Positions 40,581 through 53,030 of a stretch of 64,000 nucleotides of DNA are shown in pieces. Both the position numbers and the translations under genes were made by a program. The notes beneath the pieces are model-generated. The model was not told where the DNA came from and did no database searches. It saw only the letters and a list, made by a program, of their open reading frames with translations. Every line of letters starts with the position of its first letter. Positions within the stretch are counted from its first letter, which is position 1. This stretch comes from Octopus sinensis (taxonomy: Eukaryota): assembly GCF_006345805.1 (NCBI RefSeq), contig NC_043011.1, positions 20,038,464 through 20,102,463 of the forward strand. Reading direction: 5' to 3'.

Positions 40581-41581
40581 CGTGTCTTTGTGTGGGAGTG
40601 TATGTGCATGTTTGTATGCCAAATAGAGACGCACAAAACACTGTTGTGTGATATATACATGTATATTTAACACATTCGTATATTTAATACCTTCGGACGT
40701 GGAAATATCTTCGCTGCAGAATTTGTCTCGGCTAGAAATTCGCCTTATAGTCACTATGTGTGAAATCAAAGCACTGGACTACAAGTGACATCACCAAACC
40801 GAAGGATGTCGTTAAAATTCGCAGTTCGTGCTCGTAGTTGATGGTATATAACGTCTGAGATGTCCGAGATGATTTAATAAAAATTTCAAGGAAATTTCTT
40901 GACCATCGAATAAGTGTAGAAGTTGTGAAAATATAATGTAGATTTGCTTTTGCAAACAAAATTACTGAGAAAGTTATTTCCAACAAAATACACACTATAC
41001 AAATTTATTAGAAAACAATTTTAACTAAGAAATGGGTTCTCTTAAATTTATATATACAACAGTCTATTCAACGAAGACATGGTTATTTCTAAAACAATTT
41101 CCATCAAAATGTTTCTTACCGATTGAAATACTGGCTTGCTCTGTGACCTTGTAGTGTTTCCTGATCTAATACCATAACTTTCGTGTTGCAAAGTTCATTA
41201 AATGAGAGCTGAATTCCATCAATTTCACAGGCAAAAAATAAAATTGTAGGTTTGCGGCAGTTCATTGAAAATAGAGCGAATTACAAATGGCATTATTTAA
41301 ATGACTGCAGACTGTTCTGTAAAAATAATTCAAAAGCTGCAAGTTAATATAGCCGTAAGCAATGGTTATTAAATCCTCATTATGTATAAATATAAATTCT
41401 GTTATTTTGATATATAAATGCAATGAATTATATCATTTCAGTAATAAATAGCTTACGATCACATATGTGAAAGTCGAAAAACTTTGCAACAGATTAAACG
41501 TATCTAGGCATATATCTATGTGCGTGCGTGTGAAAGATAGATAGATAGACAGATAGATAGACAGATAGATATATAGATATT

Positions 41582-41975
41582 GTTTTACTTGTTTCAGTCA
41601 TTTGACTGCGATCATGCTGGAGCACCGCCTTTAGTCGAGAAAATCGACCCCAGGACTTATTTTGTGTAAGCCTAGTAAGCCTTGTACTTATTCTATCGGT
41701 CTTTATTGCCGAACAACGAAGTTACGGGGACGTAAAGACACCAGCATCTGTTGTCAAGCGATGTTGGAGGGGACAATCACAGACACAAACACACACACAC
41801 ACACACATATATATATACGACGGACTTCTTTTCAGTTTCCGTCTACCAAATCCACTCACAATGCCTTGGTCAGCCCGAGGCTATAGTAAAAGACACTTGC
41901 CCAAGGTGCATGCAGTGGGACTGAAGCCGGAACCAAGTGGTTGGTAAGAAAGCTACTTACCACACATCCACTCCT
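41582..41975 (-). mobile_element. CORE-like tRNA SINE
   Basis: Reverse-complement homologue of 39849-40292. Confidence 0.85.
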
Positions 41976-42337
41976 ACGATATATGTGTATGAAATCCTTC
42001 TATGTGAATAGTAAAGAAATATTCACGTGCAAACATGCATCTTTATCCTTTACTTGTTTCAGTTAGCAGGCTGTGGCCATGGTAGGATTCCGCTGAGAAG
42101 AATTTTTAGTCGAATGAAGCGACACCAGTACTAATTTTTATTTTTTTAAACCTGGTATTTATTCTTTTACAGAAATGTAGGTTATGGGAAAGTAAACCCA
42201 CCAACACCGGTTGGCAAGTGGTGGGGGGACCAACACAGAAACAAACACACACAACATTATAGTAGGGTTACTTATCGGTTCATTTTAAACATGTGTGTGT
42301 CTATGTAAATCTGTATATATATATACATATATATATA

Positions 42338-42585
42338 ATTAAAATCGTCGAATGTGTTTATAAGCCATTAGATTCAGTTCAACATTCTTGCAGCACGAGG
42401 CTTTGTCAGTGAACAGGTCGCTGTCTCAAAGCGACGAAAATATTTTGACAAATTAAATTTAAATGTTGAAGTGAATCTGTTTTTGTGTGTTTCTTAAATG
42501 GCTTATAAACATTTTCCACGCTGCAATTGTTTTCGTTTCAGCACACGATCTCAGATCAGGTCACTTGCTATGCAAGTACATCTTA

Positions 42586-42588
<3 letters not shown>
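42338..42588 (+). mobile_element. ~250-bp fold-back element between (TA)n tracts carrying an HHR variant at 42402-42452
   Basis: tttgtca-GTGAACA-ggtcgct(gtctcaa)agcgac-GAAA-atat-TT-tgacaaa, nested in longer stems (gattcagttcaacatt/aatgttgaagtgaatc and tgtttataagccatt/aatggcttataaaca). Confidence 0.65.
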
Positions 42589-42622
<34 letters not shown>

Positions 42623-42644
42623 ATATATATAATATATATATATA

Positions 42645-43947
42645 TAAAGGGAAAATTCACAAAAATCACAAAAGACCAAGACAAGTGGTGTAGGCAACAA
42701 ACGGATGTACTAGTTTAACCCTCGGGAAGTGAAAAAGTCTTTAACGTTTCGAGACAACGCTCTTCCACATAAAGGAACATTGAAAGGAGAGAAAATAAAG
42801 AATGTGTAGTGGCTAGAGATCTATCATGGCGAATGCTCAACAGATGCGTCAGACAGGACAGCTAGGAAGAAGGGGAGATAATAAAGTAGTGGTGATCCCA
42901 AAAGGAAGGTGCGCGTGCGTGTGTATAAGAGAGCATGTATGTGCGTGAAGAGAAGATGTAGCAGTCGGTACAAGAGAGGAGAGGTGATGGGGAGGAAGTA
43001 GGTGTGAGAGGGAGAGAGGAGAGGGGAGGAGAGTAGACGAAGAGGAGAAGAGAGTTGAGCCCAAGTGGCACAAAGGAGCGAAGAGAGAAAGTTAATCCCT
43101 GTTCACGGCGCAAACGGAAGTCCGGATGGCACCTGTGCAAAGACAATCAGAACACGACAGGTTTGTCAAAGAGTGACCAGTAGAGCGGGAATGGCGCGAG
43201 ACCGGGGTGTCATTGCCGAGTCGGATATTTCGGAGGTGTTCCGCGAACCAGTCAGTCAAGCGGCGTCCCGTTTGCTCTATGTATAGAGAAGGGCAGAGTG
43301 AGCAAGAGGTGCACTAGATGACATTGATAGAAGTACAGGTGAAAGAGTCGGTGATATGATAGGGTCGATGATGGGTGTCGGTGAGGCGGTTGGTGTTGGA
43401 GTGGCAAGGGCAAGTGCCACAGCGTGGGTGGGAGCAGGGGAACGAGCCGGGTTGGGAGATTGGGTTAGGGAAGAGGCTGTGGAACAAGCGGTTTCGTAGG
43501 TTCTGGGCTCGTTTGAAGGAGAGGAGGATGTGCGTAGTGGAGGTGTCGGACTGTAGTCGACGGAGGGCTTGGAGATTGGTGCATTCGAGAGGTAGGGTGG
43601 TGGGGAGGTAGGCGTGGGGAATCGGGAGATGGGAAACGGTGGGTCGAGTGCAGGGGGAGAGTGCAGATGCATGGTCAACGGAACGTGCTCCGGGAAGGTA
43701 AATGTGGATAGTGGTAAGGGGATATCCACGTAGGATGAAGTGGAGAGCCATGAGTTGAGAGTGAGTCTCAAAGTCATGGTCTTCATACATAGCCTGCGTA
43801 GACGGAGGAATTGGGAATAGGGGATGGAAAGCTTGGTATGTTTAAGATGGGAGGAGTAGTAGCAGAAATATGAGTGTGAGTCTGTGTGTTTGTAGTGGAT
43901 GGAGGTGGTGAGAGTGGAGTGATGAATGCTGACCGAAATGTCAAGAA
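42645..43947 (-). mobile_element. 5'-truncated Penelope-like element (thumb, GIY-YIG, pLTR)
   Basis: FLDISV...YKHTDSHSY...IPYSQFLRLRRLC; CSHPRCGTC; FTCTSINVI*C..C.LC.SLYIEQTGRRL..F.EH. pLTR with HHR variant at 42736-42777. Both ends abut (TA)n. Confidence 0.9.
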
Positions 43948-43948
43948 A

Positions 43949-43986
<38 letters not shown>

Positions 43987-44098
43987 TTAAACGTAATGCT
44001 GTGCCGCTTCGTAGTAACCTGTATTATCTTTATTGTTGACACATACATACATACATACATACATACATACATACATACATACATACATACATACATAC

Positions 44099-44257
44099 GA
44101 CAGGGTTCTTTTCATTGCCTGTCTACAAAATCCACTAAAATAGTTTCGGTCGGCCCGAGGCTATAGTAGAATATACCTGCCCAAAGTTCTGGACAGAGGG
44201 ACTGCACCTAGAATTATTTGGTGGGAACCAAGCTTATTATTATACAGCCACGCCTAC
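44099..44257 (-). mobile_element. Diverged CORE-like SINE 5' part
   Basis: Homologous to 19923-20068. Confidence 0.7.
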
Positions 44258-45079
44258 GCAATATTTTCTATGTGAAGATATTACTCTTCACATTGTCATT
44301 GAAGCTCCAGTCATATACATATTAAAAAAACAAAACCGTAGTTAAAAATGTGTATCCGCATATCTGCCGTATGCATTTGGTGTCAATAGCCATCCCTTAA
44401 AAGCTATCTTATGCGCCTATCCCACCAACTATTTTCTGTCTGTAGCCAACCATTCAAATCACTGATATTTACAGACATAAAATTATATTAAACTAACCAG
44501 GGACTTCATAACAAAGAGAGAAATAGAGGAAATGAATGTCAGCAATAGGGATAAAGGAAAACACCTCAAGGGAACGATCTGCATGCTTAATATAAATAAG
44601 TTAATGAATAAAATGAAGTGGAAACATTCTCTTACAGAGATTATGCAAGCAGTAATAGGAAAATAATCCCTCCAGCGATAATTAAATCTAAAATCAACAC
44701 TCAAGAGATACCAATTGATGGTAGTGTTTGAATGATGCAATATATAAAATACGGATTAAGTTTTTTTTGTTTTTGTTTTTAGAAGTCGGAAAAGCAAGCG
44801 ATGTGTTTTAGTATTATTTCAATTCATCCGTAAGCACATTTTAATTCGATGGAAAGAAAAAGAGTGACCCAGATATATAGATAGACAGACAGACAGAGAG
44901 ACAGACAGACTGATAAATAAATAGATAGAGAGAAATAAAGAAAGAAGGAAAGAAAGAAAGAAAAAAGCAAGAAAGAAAGATAAACAGACAGACAAACAGA
45001 AAGACAGACAAACAGACAGATAGAGAGATACATTGATAGATAGATGGATAGATAGATAGACAGACACACACACACACAT

Positions 45080-45141
<62 letters not shown>

Positions 45142-45192
45142 GCACATTGTGAATGCAATGACACATTAAAATAGCAATAGTATAACTGTGGA

Positions 45193-45319
45193 ATTATTAT
45201 TATTATTATTATTATTTTTATTTTTACTATTATCATCATCATCATCATCACCATCATCATTATCATCATCATCATCATTATTATTATTATTATTATTATT
45301 GTTATTATCATCATTATTA

Positions 45320-45371
<52 letters not shown>

Positions 45372-45456
45372 CATCATCATCATCATCTTTATTATTATTA
45401 TTATTATTTTTATTATTATTATTATTATCATTATAATTATTATTATTATTATTATT
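45193..45456. repeat. (ATT)n/(ATC)n microsatellite
   Basis: Directly visible. Confidence 0.95.
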
Positions 45457-45830
45457 ACCTCTGCCTTTGCAAAGGCGGAGGTATTGTTTTCAGTCGTGTT
45501 TGTTTATCCGTTAACAATATATCTCAGGAACCGCTGGATAGATTTGTATGAAACTTTCAGAGATGTTTGGCTTTGTTACTGGTACGCACTGATTAGATTT
45601 TGGGATCGATCCGGTATCGGACAAGGATTTTGGATTATTTGTTACATATACTTTAATTTACATGAAGTATTACGATCTTACGTTTACTTTTAAGTCTTTC
45701 CCTGATCATCTACCTTGAAAGTACGCACATAGCTTCCACGTAAGTTATGGCGGCGTTGCTGTTTTCAAAGTTTTATTTTCGTTTCTCTATTATGAATTTT
45801 ACTCGCGTCTCTATCTTAGTAGAACTGATA
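45457..45830. mobile_element. Helentron/DINE-1-like non-autonomous element
   Basis: Terminal hairpin acctctgcctttgcaaaggcggaggt. Inverted homologue of 16560-16905. Confidence 0.55.
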
Positions 45831-47299
45831 GAATTCCCTAAAACAACAAGAACTTTATCAACAGAAAAAACACAGAATGCCCCGCAATATTTATTTCTTA
45901 GAATTAGACATGTCCTGCTGTGAGAAGGAGCAGGAAGTTCCTAATGGCAAAATGTTTGTAGATCAAAGGAAAACGAAGTAAAGCAGCACCGATGTTATCA
46001 CAAAAAACTGGCAGGTAACCAGAAGTTGTGGAGAGACACCATCGAAAAGTGATTTTCAAATACCTCCCTCAACAGCAGCCACACCATTACCGTCAACAAG
46101 AACATCGTCCCCATCAACACCACTACCACCATTATCACAGACACCATCATCATTAGCACAGCCTAATTCACACACAGAACTTTCAGATCTCAACACAAGC
46201 AAATGTCAAACATCTTGAACTGCACAACAATAAACACGGGACTGACAACCCCACCAAGCTTGCCTGGTGAAGAGGGGGATTGTTGGACATCTTGCGGAAC
46301 AAAAAACAAGACCCGTCAAAGAGCAGAACTCATAAGTAGTCAACGTTTATATTTATTGTTTCGCCTACCATAACTCAAAGAGGTCAAACGTATCCACATA
46401 ATTTTAGCATGTCCACGAATGTAAGTCATTTAAAATATACCGAAATTCTCAGACAATCCTAATCCAAGCATTCTTTCATCGTGCTTCTGTTTGCATTTCA
46501 TAATCTATTTTCTTTTCTTTTTGCGTCTAATCCATTTCCTCCCCTCCACCAAATTATTCATTTATTCCTACCTACACGTATTTTTCCACGTCTTTCTCTT
46601 TTTCTTCTCTTCTTTTTCTATACAATTTATTTTGTCGTTGTATTTTGCTTCCTCTGTCCGTCTATTTTCCCAAATCACACTCCTTTGCCATCTATTTTAT
46701 CCTTCCCATTACTTTTTATTGTATTACCTTTTAGATTATTTATTTCATCTCCATTACCTGATACATGATTGCATCACTACATATCTAACTTTAAATTTGT
46801 CTTGATGTTTTGAGTCTTTCGTATCGAATCATTAAATGGATATTTTTTACAAGCAAGCTTCTAACGTTTCAGCTGTCACCTGGCAATGATAAACAAAAAA
46901 ATTACTACACTGGCACGAAATCTCCGCACATGTATGTATTTATGTATACATATAGACATTTATTGTGATAAATGCAAGCGAGTTTGCCTCTGCAGAGCTG
47001 CCCTCACAAATCACAAACACAAAGCTGCTCACACACCTCAAGTTGAGTACAACCAATTTCTAGCAGCTAATTTGTTAGGCGATTTATGTGGCAAGGCATG
47101 TTCAAGTCGAACGGATATTTGATCTTACAAGCCATATGAAAGAACACAACCAAGATTCTATACTTAACAAGTCCCTGATTGCAAAACATACTAATAAAAG
47201 ATCTCCATGAAGTCACGCACCGGCTTTAAAATGCCACAGTTGATCCATGAAAGATAAAAATGATTAGATAATTTGTTACACAAGGGTTTCATACACATA

Positions 47300-47703
47300 C
47301 AGGCGTAAAAGTGGTAAGTAGCTGGCGTACAAACCACATGGTTCCGCGTTCAGTCCCACTGCATGGCACCTTGGGCAAGTGTCTTCTACTATAGCCTCGG
47401 GCCACCAAAGCTTTGTGAGTAGATTTGGTAGACGGAAACTGAAAGAAGCTTGTCATATATATGTATATAAATATGTATATATGTGTGTGTGTGTCTGTGT
47501 TTGTCCCCTCACCCCAACATCGCTTGACAACCGATGCTGGTGTGTTTACGTCTCCGTAATTTATCGGTTCGGCATAAGAGACCGATAGTTTAAGTACTAG
47601 GCTTACAAAGAATAAGGCCTGGGGTCGATTTGCTCGACTAAAAGCGGTGCCCCAGCATGGCGGCAGTTAAATGACTGAAACAAGTTAATGAGTAAAAGAG
47701 TAA
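47300..47703 (+). mobile_element. Full-length CORE-like tRNA SINE
   Basis: ggcaccttgggcaagtgtcttctactatagcc... Same family as 39849. Confidence 0.85.
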
Positions 47704-47831
47704 GGTACGAGATGACACAAGGTTAAACAAATTTACATTTGTGCATTTGTTCAAATAACAAAGCAGTGCATTCGAACTCGAAACCAAGTGATTAAGAACC
47801 GAAATCCTTATTATTCGATCAAACTACACTA

Positions 47832-47865
<34 letters not shown>

Positions 47866-47933
47866 TATATACATATATATATACATATATACATATATAT
47901 ACAAATATATACATATATATATATATATACATA

Positions 47934-49496
47934 TTGTTTGGCATCCTTTCTGTCTCGGGAGACAATGGAGTTGCGCATTTTTTTTTTTTCCTAGGTCTAG
48001 TCCGGCTGTTATATTTTATTTCCCGTTACATTTCTTGCTGTGGCTGTGTAGTCCTATCCTGGACAAACACTCCCTCTGGCAGGTACTGCAAATGTAGCGA
48101 AGACTGTTCCTGGCTGATTGTAGTGCCATGGTCTCTTGTTTATGTCTCTTCCTTTCTTTCCATTTCTCCTCTCTCTTTTTGTCACTCCTCTGTATACCCT
48201 CTTTTACTGTACGTCGCCATTCTCCACGGTTGCCGGCGACTGCCTCCCAACCGCTAATGTTGATGTTGCAGGCCTTCATATCCCTTTTGCAAACATCCTT
48301 GTAACGTAAGATCGGTCTACCCACAGACCTAGTACCCCTAGCAAGCTCTCCGTAGAATATGTCCTTGGGGATTCTGCCATCTTTCATACGGCTAACATGC
48401 CCAAGCCATCTCATACGTCTTTGTGTGAGGAGTGCAAACATGCTTGGTATTCCTGCTTGCCTGAGGACATCTTTGTTGGGGATATGATTCTGCCATTTGA
48501 TGTGGAGGATTTTTCGGAGGCAGCGCAGGTGTAAGATGTTTAGGCGACGCTCTTGGCGTGTGTATAGCGTCCAGGTCTCGCTTCCATACAGTAGAGTGCT
48601 GAGTACACATGCCTGGTAGATCTTCATTTTTGTGGTCTTGGTCAGCTTATTGTTGTCCCAAGCCCGTTTGGAGAGTTGGGCCATCGCAGCAGCTGCCTTG
48701 CCAATGCGTATATTGAGCTCAGCGTCAAGGGATAGGTTGTAGGTGACGGTAGAGCCCAGATAGGTAAACTTCTCCACCTCTTGTAATCTGTGGTCTCCAA
48801 TATGTATGTTTGGGATGTCCGATGTAGCCTGGCCCATGATGTTGGTCTTCGTAAGGCTGATAGCTAAGCCAAAGTCGTTACATGCTTGCTCAAAACAGTT
48901 AATGAGCCTTTGGAGGGCTTCTTCTGTGTGTGATACCAGAGCGGCATCATCAGCAAATAACATCACCTTGATCAGGACGTTTCTGATTTTGGTCTTGGCA
49001 CGCAGGCGCGAGAGATTGAACAGTTTCCCGTCACTTCTACTGTGCAGAAACGCTCCATCATCTGATGTCTGAAAGGCATGTGACAGCAAGAGTGAGAAGA
49101 AGATGCCAAACAATGTAGGAGCGAGGACACAGCCTTGCTTTACCCCGTTTTTTATTTGGAAGGCGGCTGATGTTGAACCGTTGTGCTGTATGGTGCCTTG
49201 CATGTCATCATGGAAAGACTTGATGATCCTCAGCAGCTTTGGTGGACATCCGATTTTTTGGAGCAGGAGGAAGAGGCCTGTTCTGCTTACCGAGTCAAAA
49301 GCCTTTGTTAGATCAATGAAGGCCATATATAATGGCATTTTCTGCTCTCTGGACTTCTCCTGAAGTTGGCGTATGGAGAATATCATATCGATAGTTGATC
49401 TGCTTCTTCTAAAGCCACACTGCGATTCCGGATAGATTCGAGAAGCAAGTAGTTGTAGCCTGGCCAGGATAACGCGGGCAAAGGTCTTTCCAACAG
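47934..49496 (-). mobile_element. 5'-truncated RTE-clade LINE inserted in (TA)n
   Basis: RT ORF plus a short 3' UTR ending tccattgtctcccgagacagaaaggatgccaaacaa. Both ends abut TA tracts. Confidence 0.95.
48016..49496 (-). CDS. RTE LINE reverse transcriptase (partial, ~490 aa, no internal stops)
   Basis: [53 protein letters not shown] and a C-terminal CxxC...HxxxC. The N-terminus of the listed 554-aa ORF is microsatellite read-through. Confidence 0.9.
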
Positions 49497-49561
<65 letters not shown>

Positions 49562-49575
<14 letters not shown>

Positions 49576-49734
49576 GTATATATGTATGTATGTATGTGTG
49601 TATGTATGTATGCATCTACGAATATATGTATGTTTCATAGAGACGTTTACATATATGAACATAATATATAATTTATCCATATGCGTACATTATATATATA
49701 TATGTATATATACATATATATGTAGATATATATG

Positions 49735-49766
<32 letters not shown>

Positions 49767-49781
49767 TAATATATATATATG

Positions 49782-49850
<69 letters not shown>

Positions 49851-50050
49851 TATATGTATGTATGTATGTATATATGTATGTATGTATGTGTGTATGTATG
49901 TATGCATCTACGAATATATGTATGTTTCATAGAGACGTTTACATATATGAACATAATATATAATTTATCCATATGCGTACATTATATATATATGTATATA
50001 TACATATATATGTAGATATATATGTATATATATATATGTATATATATATA
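49562..50050. repeat. ~292-bp tandem duplication bounded by (TA)n
   Basis: gcatctacgaatatatgtatgtttcatagagacgtttac...ccatatgcgtacatt at 49612 and 49904. Confidence 0.9.
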
Positions 50051-50053
50051 TAT

Positions 50054-50102
<49 letters not shown>

Positions 50103-50559
50103 TATATATATTATATATATATATAATATATATATATATATATACTTGTATGTATGTATGTATTATGTGTAAATGTACAGAAACATACACGTACACATAC
50201 GAAGAACCCTTCAAGATTTAATGTAAGTCATCATCCACAATAACACATCATGTATGAAATTACTGTCTGCTCCTCCGTTTTTGTCAAACCTGATTAATAA
50301 CAAAAACTAATACTGGAAATAGACTTCCAAGATCACAACAGACATCATAATCGTTGCACAAGGCCTGGCAGACCTGTCACGGTCTTAGGTGAATAGCCTG
50401 TCGATAAATCTTTATTCCGCAGATTAAACTGAATTGGGCAAATCAATTTCCGACGTCAGCATAGACAAAGCCTAAAAGATTAATTTCACTTAACTCTTTC
50501 CTCTTTGTAGAATATTTTTACTTATCTTAAGATTAATTTGCTACAGACATGCTACATTT

Positions 50560-50601
<42 letters not shown>

Positions 50602-50810
50602 AAAACAGGAATGGATTTCTTTTCCTGATCTTATGAGACAAAACTTTCACTTTAAGAGAATTTGCTGCATTGCTTAGCAAACACTGTAATAGCAGTATTG
50701 CAAATATAATAGGCTAAGTGGCACGCTCTGAGAAGATCTACTACGCAATTTCGATTTCGGGATGGAGCTAGTTTTTCCACTAATGTTGTTTAAAGTTGAA
50801 TGCAATACTG

Positions 50811-51191
50811 GTATCTTTTCGGTTTGACCAGCAGTTTTCAAAAATAATTTCCACGTAACTAAATACTTTTAAACTTCGTATACTGGTAGAATGTGTTTAC
50901 AAAGCATCTTTTTCTCTTGGTTTTTTTGTTTTATTTTTCTTCAATTTCTGTAATTTCAACCAATCAATGACGTCTATTGAGGAAGAAATTATTATGTGCC
51001 GTATGAATATGTCCCTCGTTTAAGAAACAGATTGGGTTTATTTACCTTTGTGAAGAAAAAAGATACCCTTCCCCCCATCCCTAACCCTAAAACAGATTGA
51101 AATGCAATAGATCGATACTAAGGTCATAATTATGGGTGACACTTTCATATGACACCGCTAGAAAAAACTGCCGTTCAAACCGATAAAGATC
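50811..51191. mobile_element. MITE with ~27-bp TIRs and 8-9-bp TSD
   Basis: atcttttcggtttgaccagcagtttt / aaaactgccgttcaaaccgataaagat, flanked by (g)caatactg and (a)caatactg. Internal ccctaaccctaa. Confidence 0.8.
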
Positions 51192-51289
51192 ACAATACTG
51201 TCTTGCTTAGAACTCAGTAACCCTTTTTCTGAAAGTATGTATTTGCAATTATTACTTGTTCAGATATATTACATCTAAGACTGAATTTT

Positions 51290-51810
51290 CCAAATGTGTT
51301 CGTGTAAGGCGGTATATTTGGAAAAAGTTAGGTACTAAACTCTCTACAGTCTGTGTTCATGCTACGTCTTGCCTTTCTCCAGCCCCCACTTTTCGCACAG
51401 TACCCAATGTAGCACTTTCGCTACCTGGTTGTGTTGTCACAACTTGTAGTGGTTTGGGGCAAGTCTAGGGCATTCGTTCGTGATATGAGCAATGGTTTCA
51501 CCCACTCTGTTGCAGATGCGGTACAGCGGAAATACTTGCTCATTCCTAAGGTGACTCTCCAGTTCGTGGCCAGAGCTTGGTCCTGCGCTGCCAGGATAGT
51601 ACTTTCGGTCTCTTTTTGGAGGGGGTTTCTTTCATCAGCCAATCCCACCTATTTTTTCCAGCAACTTCTGGTGTGGCTACATGGAATTGATTGTGTAGTC
51701 TCTTTTTGCGTAATTCTTAATCATGTCATTTGTGTAATTCTTCCTTTGTTTTTCTTTTTCTCTGCTTTCAATACTTCCTCGTTCTTAACTGTCACTAGCA
51801 AGCTTTATTA
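51290..51810 (-). mobile_element. R4/Dong-like (REL-endonuclease) LINE fragment, zinc-knuckle region
   Basis: LQKETESTILAAQDQALAT...ETIAHITNECPRLA..HNQVAKVLHW. Confidence 0.7.
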
Positions 51811-52390
51811 AAAGCGGCGAGCTAGCAGATTCGTTAACACGCCGGGCGAAGTGCGTAGCCTTATTCCGTCTGCCGTTAAGTTCCGAGTTCAAATTCCGCC
51901 GAGGTCGACTTTGCCTTTCAACCTTTCGGGGTCGAAAAATAAGTACCAGTTACGCACTGGGGTTGATGTAATCGACTTAATCCGTTTGTCTGTCCTTGTT
52001 TCTCCATTCTGTGTTTAGCCCCTTGTGAGTAGTAAAGAAATAGGTATTTCGTCTGCTGCTACGTTCTGAGTTCAAATTCCGTCAAGGTCGACTTTGTCTT
52101 TCATCCTTTCGGGGTCGATTAAATAAGTACCAGTTACGCACTGGGGTCGGTGTAATCGACTTAATCCGTTTGTCTGTCCTTGTTTGTCCCCTCTGTGTTT
52201 AGCCCCCTGTGGGCAGTAAAGAAATAGGTATTTCGCCAGTCGCTACGTTTTGAATTCAAATTCGAGTTAGGTCGACTTTGTCTTTTATCCTTTCAGCTTC
52301 ATAAATTAAGTTTCAGTGAAACACTGGGGTCGATGTAATCGACTAGTCCCCTCTCCTCAAATGTCAGGCTATGTGCCTTTAGTAGAAAAG
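51811..52390 (+). mobile_element. tRNA-derived SINE with three ~180-bp internal tandem units
   Basis: Head gcggcgagctagcaga..., repeated gagttcaaattcc...ggtcgactttg, tail gtgcctttagtagaaaagattatt. Confidence 0.85.
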
Positions 52391-52559
52391 ATTATTATTA
52401 TTATCATCATCATCATCATCATCGTTATTTTGTTGCAATGCGGTATTGCTGTTTTTCCAGATTTACATATGCTTTCTCTGGAACCAGAATTCGCAGTTTA
52501 GGATTAGAATTATTTTGTGTCTTTGCTATATGTATATATTTTCTTTCTTCTACTCATCA

Positions 52560-53030
52560 TATTTGTTCTTACCATGGGTAGTTGTATTTCAAATGATTCT
52601 TTCGTAACCTCGTATTAAGGTTTTTGGTCTTCACCCTAAAACAGATTAAAATCTAGCATTCCAGTGTATTCTCTCAAATACATTGTCACTGTTCCCAAGC
52701 CGTAATGATAATTGGCAGGATCTTAACCTTGTTAACTTATTTGGTCCAGCATTTGAGAATTTTCGTAGTTCAAGTACACTACTTTTTTCATTTACTCCAG
52801 AATCAAGTGGTATGCCACGTCGATCTCAATACAATATTTCTTATTTCTATCAAAGATTATAATACCGGTTTGTTGTGTTCTATTCTTCTTTCAGTTTCTA
52901 TAGGAAAATGCCTTAAGAACTTCACTCCATCATCTTCAAGGATTTCGTTTCTAATCTTCTCAATGTATAGTCTAAGCATTTTCCATTCAAAATAATTCTT
53001 TGCAAAAATTACACTCCGTCAATGCAGCAT
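52560..53030 (-). mobile_element. R4/Dong-like LINE 3' remnant (REL endonuclease)
   Basis: ILEDDGVKFL..FPIETERRIEHNKP...C.EIDVA...V.ILP...LGTV. Confidence 0.55.

Noticed and set aside
43277-43786. 169-aa Pro/Ser/Thr-rich ORF resembling a mucin
   Set aside because: It is an alternative frame of the PLE thumb/GIY-YIG region.
49497-49680. N-terminal extension of the 554-aa ORF
   Set aside because: Read-through into the flanking microsatellite. The LINE is 5'-truncated at ~49496.
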